A stretch of DNA of 30,018 nucleotides, taken from positions 1-30,018 of the forward strand of contig JAZOAJ010000245.1 of the NCBI GenBank assembly GCA_045595385.1, written 5' to 3'. Shown one piece after another: positions 28,671 through 30,018 of the stretch (position 1 is the first letter of the stretch; every line of letters starts with the position of its first letter). Source of the DNA: Lachnospiraceae bacterium. GTDB taxonomy: Bacteria; Bacillota; Clostridia; Lachnospirales; Lachnospiraceae. The notes under the pieces were generated by a model, which worked only from the letters and a program-made list of their open reading frames with translations, was not told the origin of the DNA and searched no databases. Made by a program: the position numbers and the translations under genes.

Positions 28671-28797
28671 TATTTTTTCCTCCATTATAATGATTGTGTT
28701 TTCGGCGCTTCTTCGCACCTCGGATTAATTCAAAACTGTCTGCCGCTTTTGCGGCGGTTTTTTCCGGGGTTCCCGGAACTGGTTTACTTATGCAGGT

Positions 28798-29313
28798 TTA
28801 CTCTGCGGGAGCTGCTTCTTCAGCAGGTGCTCCATCCTTCTCTGCGATCTGTTTAAGAACGCGTGCGAAGTTAGCAATAGGTGACTGCATGCTTCCGAGA
28901 AGTCTTCCGATGAGAACATCTCTTCCGGGGATATCAGCAATTGCCTTGATCCCGTTGGCGTCATAGAATGCGCCTTCAACAATTCCGCCCTTAACTTCAA
29001 GTGCAGGAGCCTCTGCAGCGAACTTCTTGATGATCCTTGCGGGTGCAGTTGCGTCTTCCTTTGCGACTGCGATGGCTGTAGGACCTTCCAGAGTAACTGA
29101 AAGCGGCTCAAATACAGTATCCTTGATAGCGAAGTTGATCATTGTGTTCTTGTAGACTTTGTAGACAATGCCTGCCTCACGGAAAGTCTTACGGAGCTTT
29201 GTATCCTGCTCAACGGTAAGTCCGCGGTAATCCACAACAACAGCAGACTGAGCATCTTTAAGAGTCTCAGCGATCTCCTGGACTATGGGCTGTTTCAATT
29301 CAACTTTTGCCAT
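28798..29313 (-). CDS. rplJ: 50S ribosomal protein L10
   Basis: VVDYRGLTVEQDT.LR, VYKNTM, LEGPTAIA, LLGSMQSP. Confidence 0.98.
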   Translation of the reverse strand: MAKVELKQPIVQEIAETLKDAQSAVVVDYRGLTVEQDTKLRKTFREAGIVYKVYKNTMINFAIKDTVFEPLSVTLEGPTAIAVAKEDATAPARIIKKFAAEAPALEVKGGIVEGAFYDANGIKAIADIPGRDVLIGRLLGSMQSPIANFARVLKQIAEKDGAPAEEAAPAE

Positions 29314-29357
29314 GTCTCTCCTCCTTTGTAGTATTTATTTTCTGCCGCATGAGGATT

Positions 29358-29461
29358 AAAAAACCCTCCCGCCAAAAGACGGGAGGGTCCTGTTGAACTC
29401 TCTTGAATCTCCTCGGTAGGTTGTTATACGTTACGCCCTGGGGCACCTACTGTCTTCGGCA
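29358..29461 (-). ncRNA. L10 leader (ribosomal protein autoregulatory element) with attenuator
   Basis: GCCGAAGACAGTAGGT...ACCTACCGAGG core, then terminator ACCCTCCCG-tcttttgg-CGGGAGGGT-TTTTT, upstream of rplJ. Confidence 0.85.
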
Positions 29462-29509
29462 AATGAAAATCTAACATATTAAGTTGTCAATGTCAACCTT
29501 GTATTAAGA

Positions 29510-30018
29510 TCAGCCGTTCATGATCTTCTGGGCGTTCAGCTTGACGCCGGGGCCCATTGTAGATGCAAGTGTGATGCTCTTAAGGTATGTTCCCTTTACA
29601 GCTGCGGGCTTAGCCTTAACGATGGCATCGAGCAGAGCCTTAAGGTTCTCTTTGAGCTGATCTTCCGTGAAAGCTGCTTTTCCGATCGGGCAGTGTACGA
29701 TGTTTGCCTTGTCAAGCCTGTACTCGATCTTACCTGCTTTAAGTTCTTTAACAGCTTTTGCAACATCCATTGTAACTGTGCCTGCCTTGGGGTTAGGCAT
29801 GAGGCCTTTAGGTCCGAGGATCTTACCGAGACGTCCTACAACACCCATCATGTCAGGTGTGGCAACGATAACGTCATACTCAAACCAGTTTTCATGCTGG
29901 ATCTTCGGAATGAGTTCCTCTGCTCCTACGAAATCAGCGCCGGCTTCCTGAGCTTCCTTTTCCTTATCGCCCTTAGCGAATACCAGGACACTGACTTCCT
30001 TTCCTGTTCCGTTGGGAA
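29510..30018 (-). CDS. rplA: 50S ribosomal protein L1, partial (5' end outside window)
   Basis: [39 protein letters not shown]. Confidence 0.97.
   Translation of the reverse strand, partial: PNGTGKEVSVLVFAKGDKEKEAQEAGADFVGAEELIPKIQHENWFEYDVIVATPDMMGVVGRLGKILGPKGLMPNPKAGTVTMDVAKAVKELKAGKIEYRLDKANIVHCPIGKAAFTEDQLKENLKALLDAIVKAKPAAVKGTYLKSITLASTMGPGVKLNAQKIMNG

Noticed and set aside
28105-28728. 207-aa plus-strand ORF across rplL and the rpoB promoter
   Set aside because: Antisense shadow of rplL that runs through a terminator; Ser/Leu-rich with no coding signal.
1-30018. Search for CRISPR arrays, IS/integrase genes, tRNA/rRNA, dispersed repeats and programmed frameshifts
   Set aside because: None seen by eye. 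Intergenic spaces are short and explained by promoters, riboswitches and terminators, and all major ORFs are uninterrupted.

Overview
Window from a Clostridia genome, most likely Lachnospiraceae-like (judged from the RpoB insertion pattern and DUF5716/DUF5717-type genes, recalled rather than searched). Almost everything is on the minus strand. In transcription order: rplA(partial)-[L10 leader]-rplJ-rplL-rpoB-rpoC; [FMN riboswitch]-ribU; [lysine riboswitch]-dapA-dapB-ddh-lysA-ubiX-aroA-like; a divergent leaderless membrane-protein gene; then a tightly packed ~12 kb run of citrate synthase-rarA-DUF5717-like-Hsp70-like(DUF5716)-TPR-like-valS-48 aa small ORF-Zn-ribbon/TM/TPR protein, converging on a partial yigZ. 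I found no mobile element, CRISPR array, tRNA or rRNA. The two best candidates for undescribed biology are (1) an AroA-fold protein that has lost many PEP/S3P-binding residues, co-transcribed with an intact ubiX (no ubiD in the window) behind a lysine riboswitch, and (2) an uncharacterised module built around a degenerate Hsp70-fold protein, a very large Ig/TPR-like protein, a transmembrane Zn-ribbon TPR protein and a small ORF missed by the ORF track. All alignments were done by eye.
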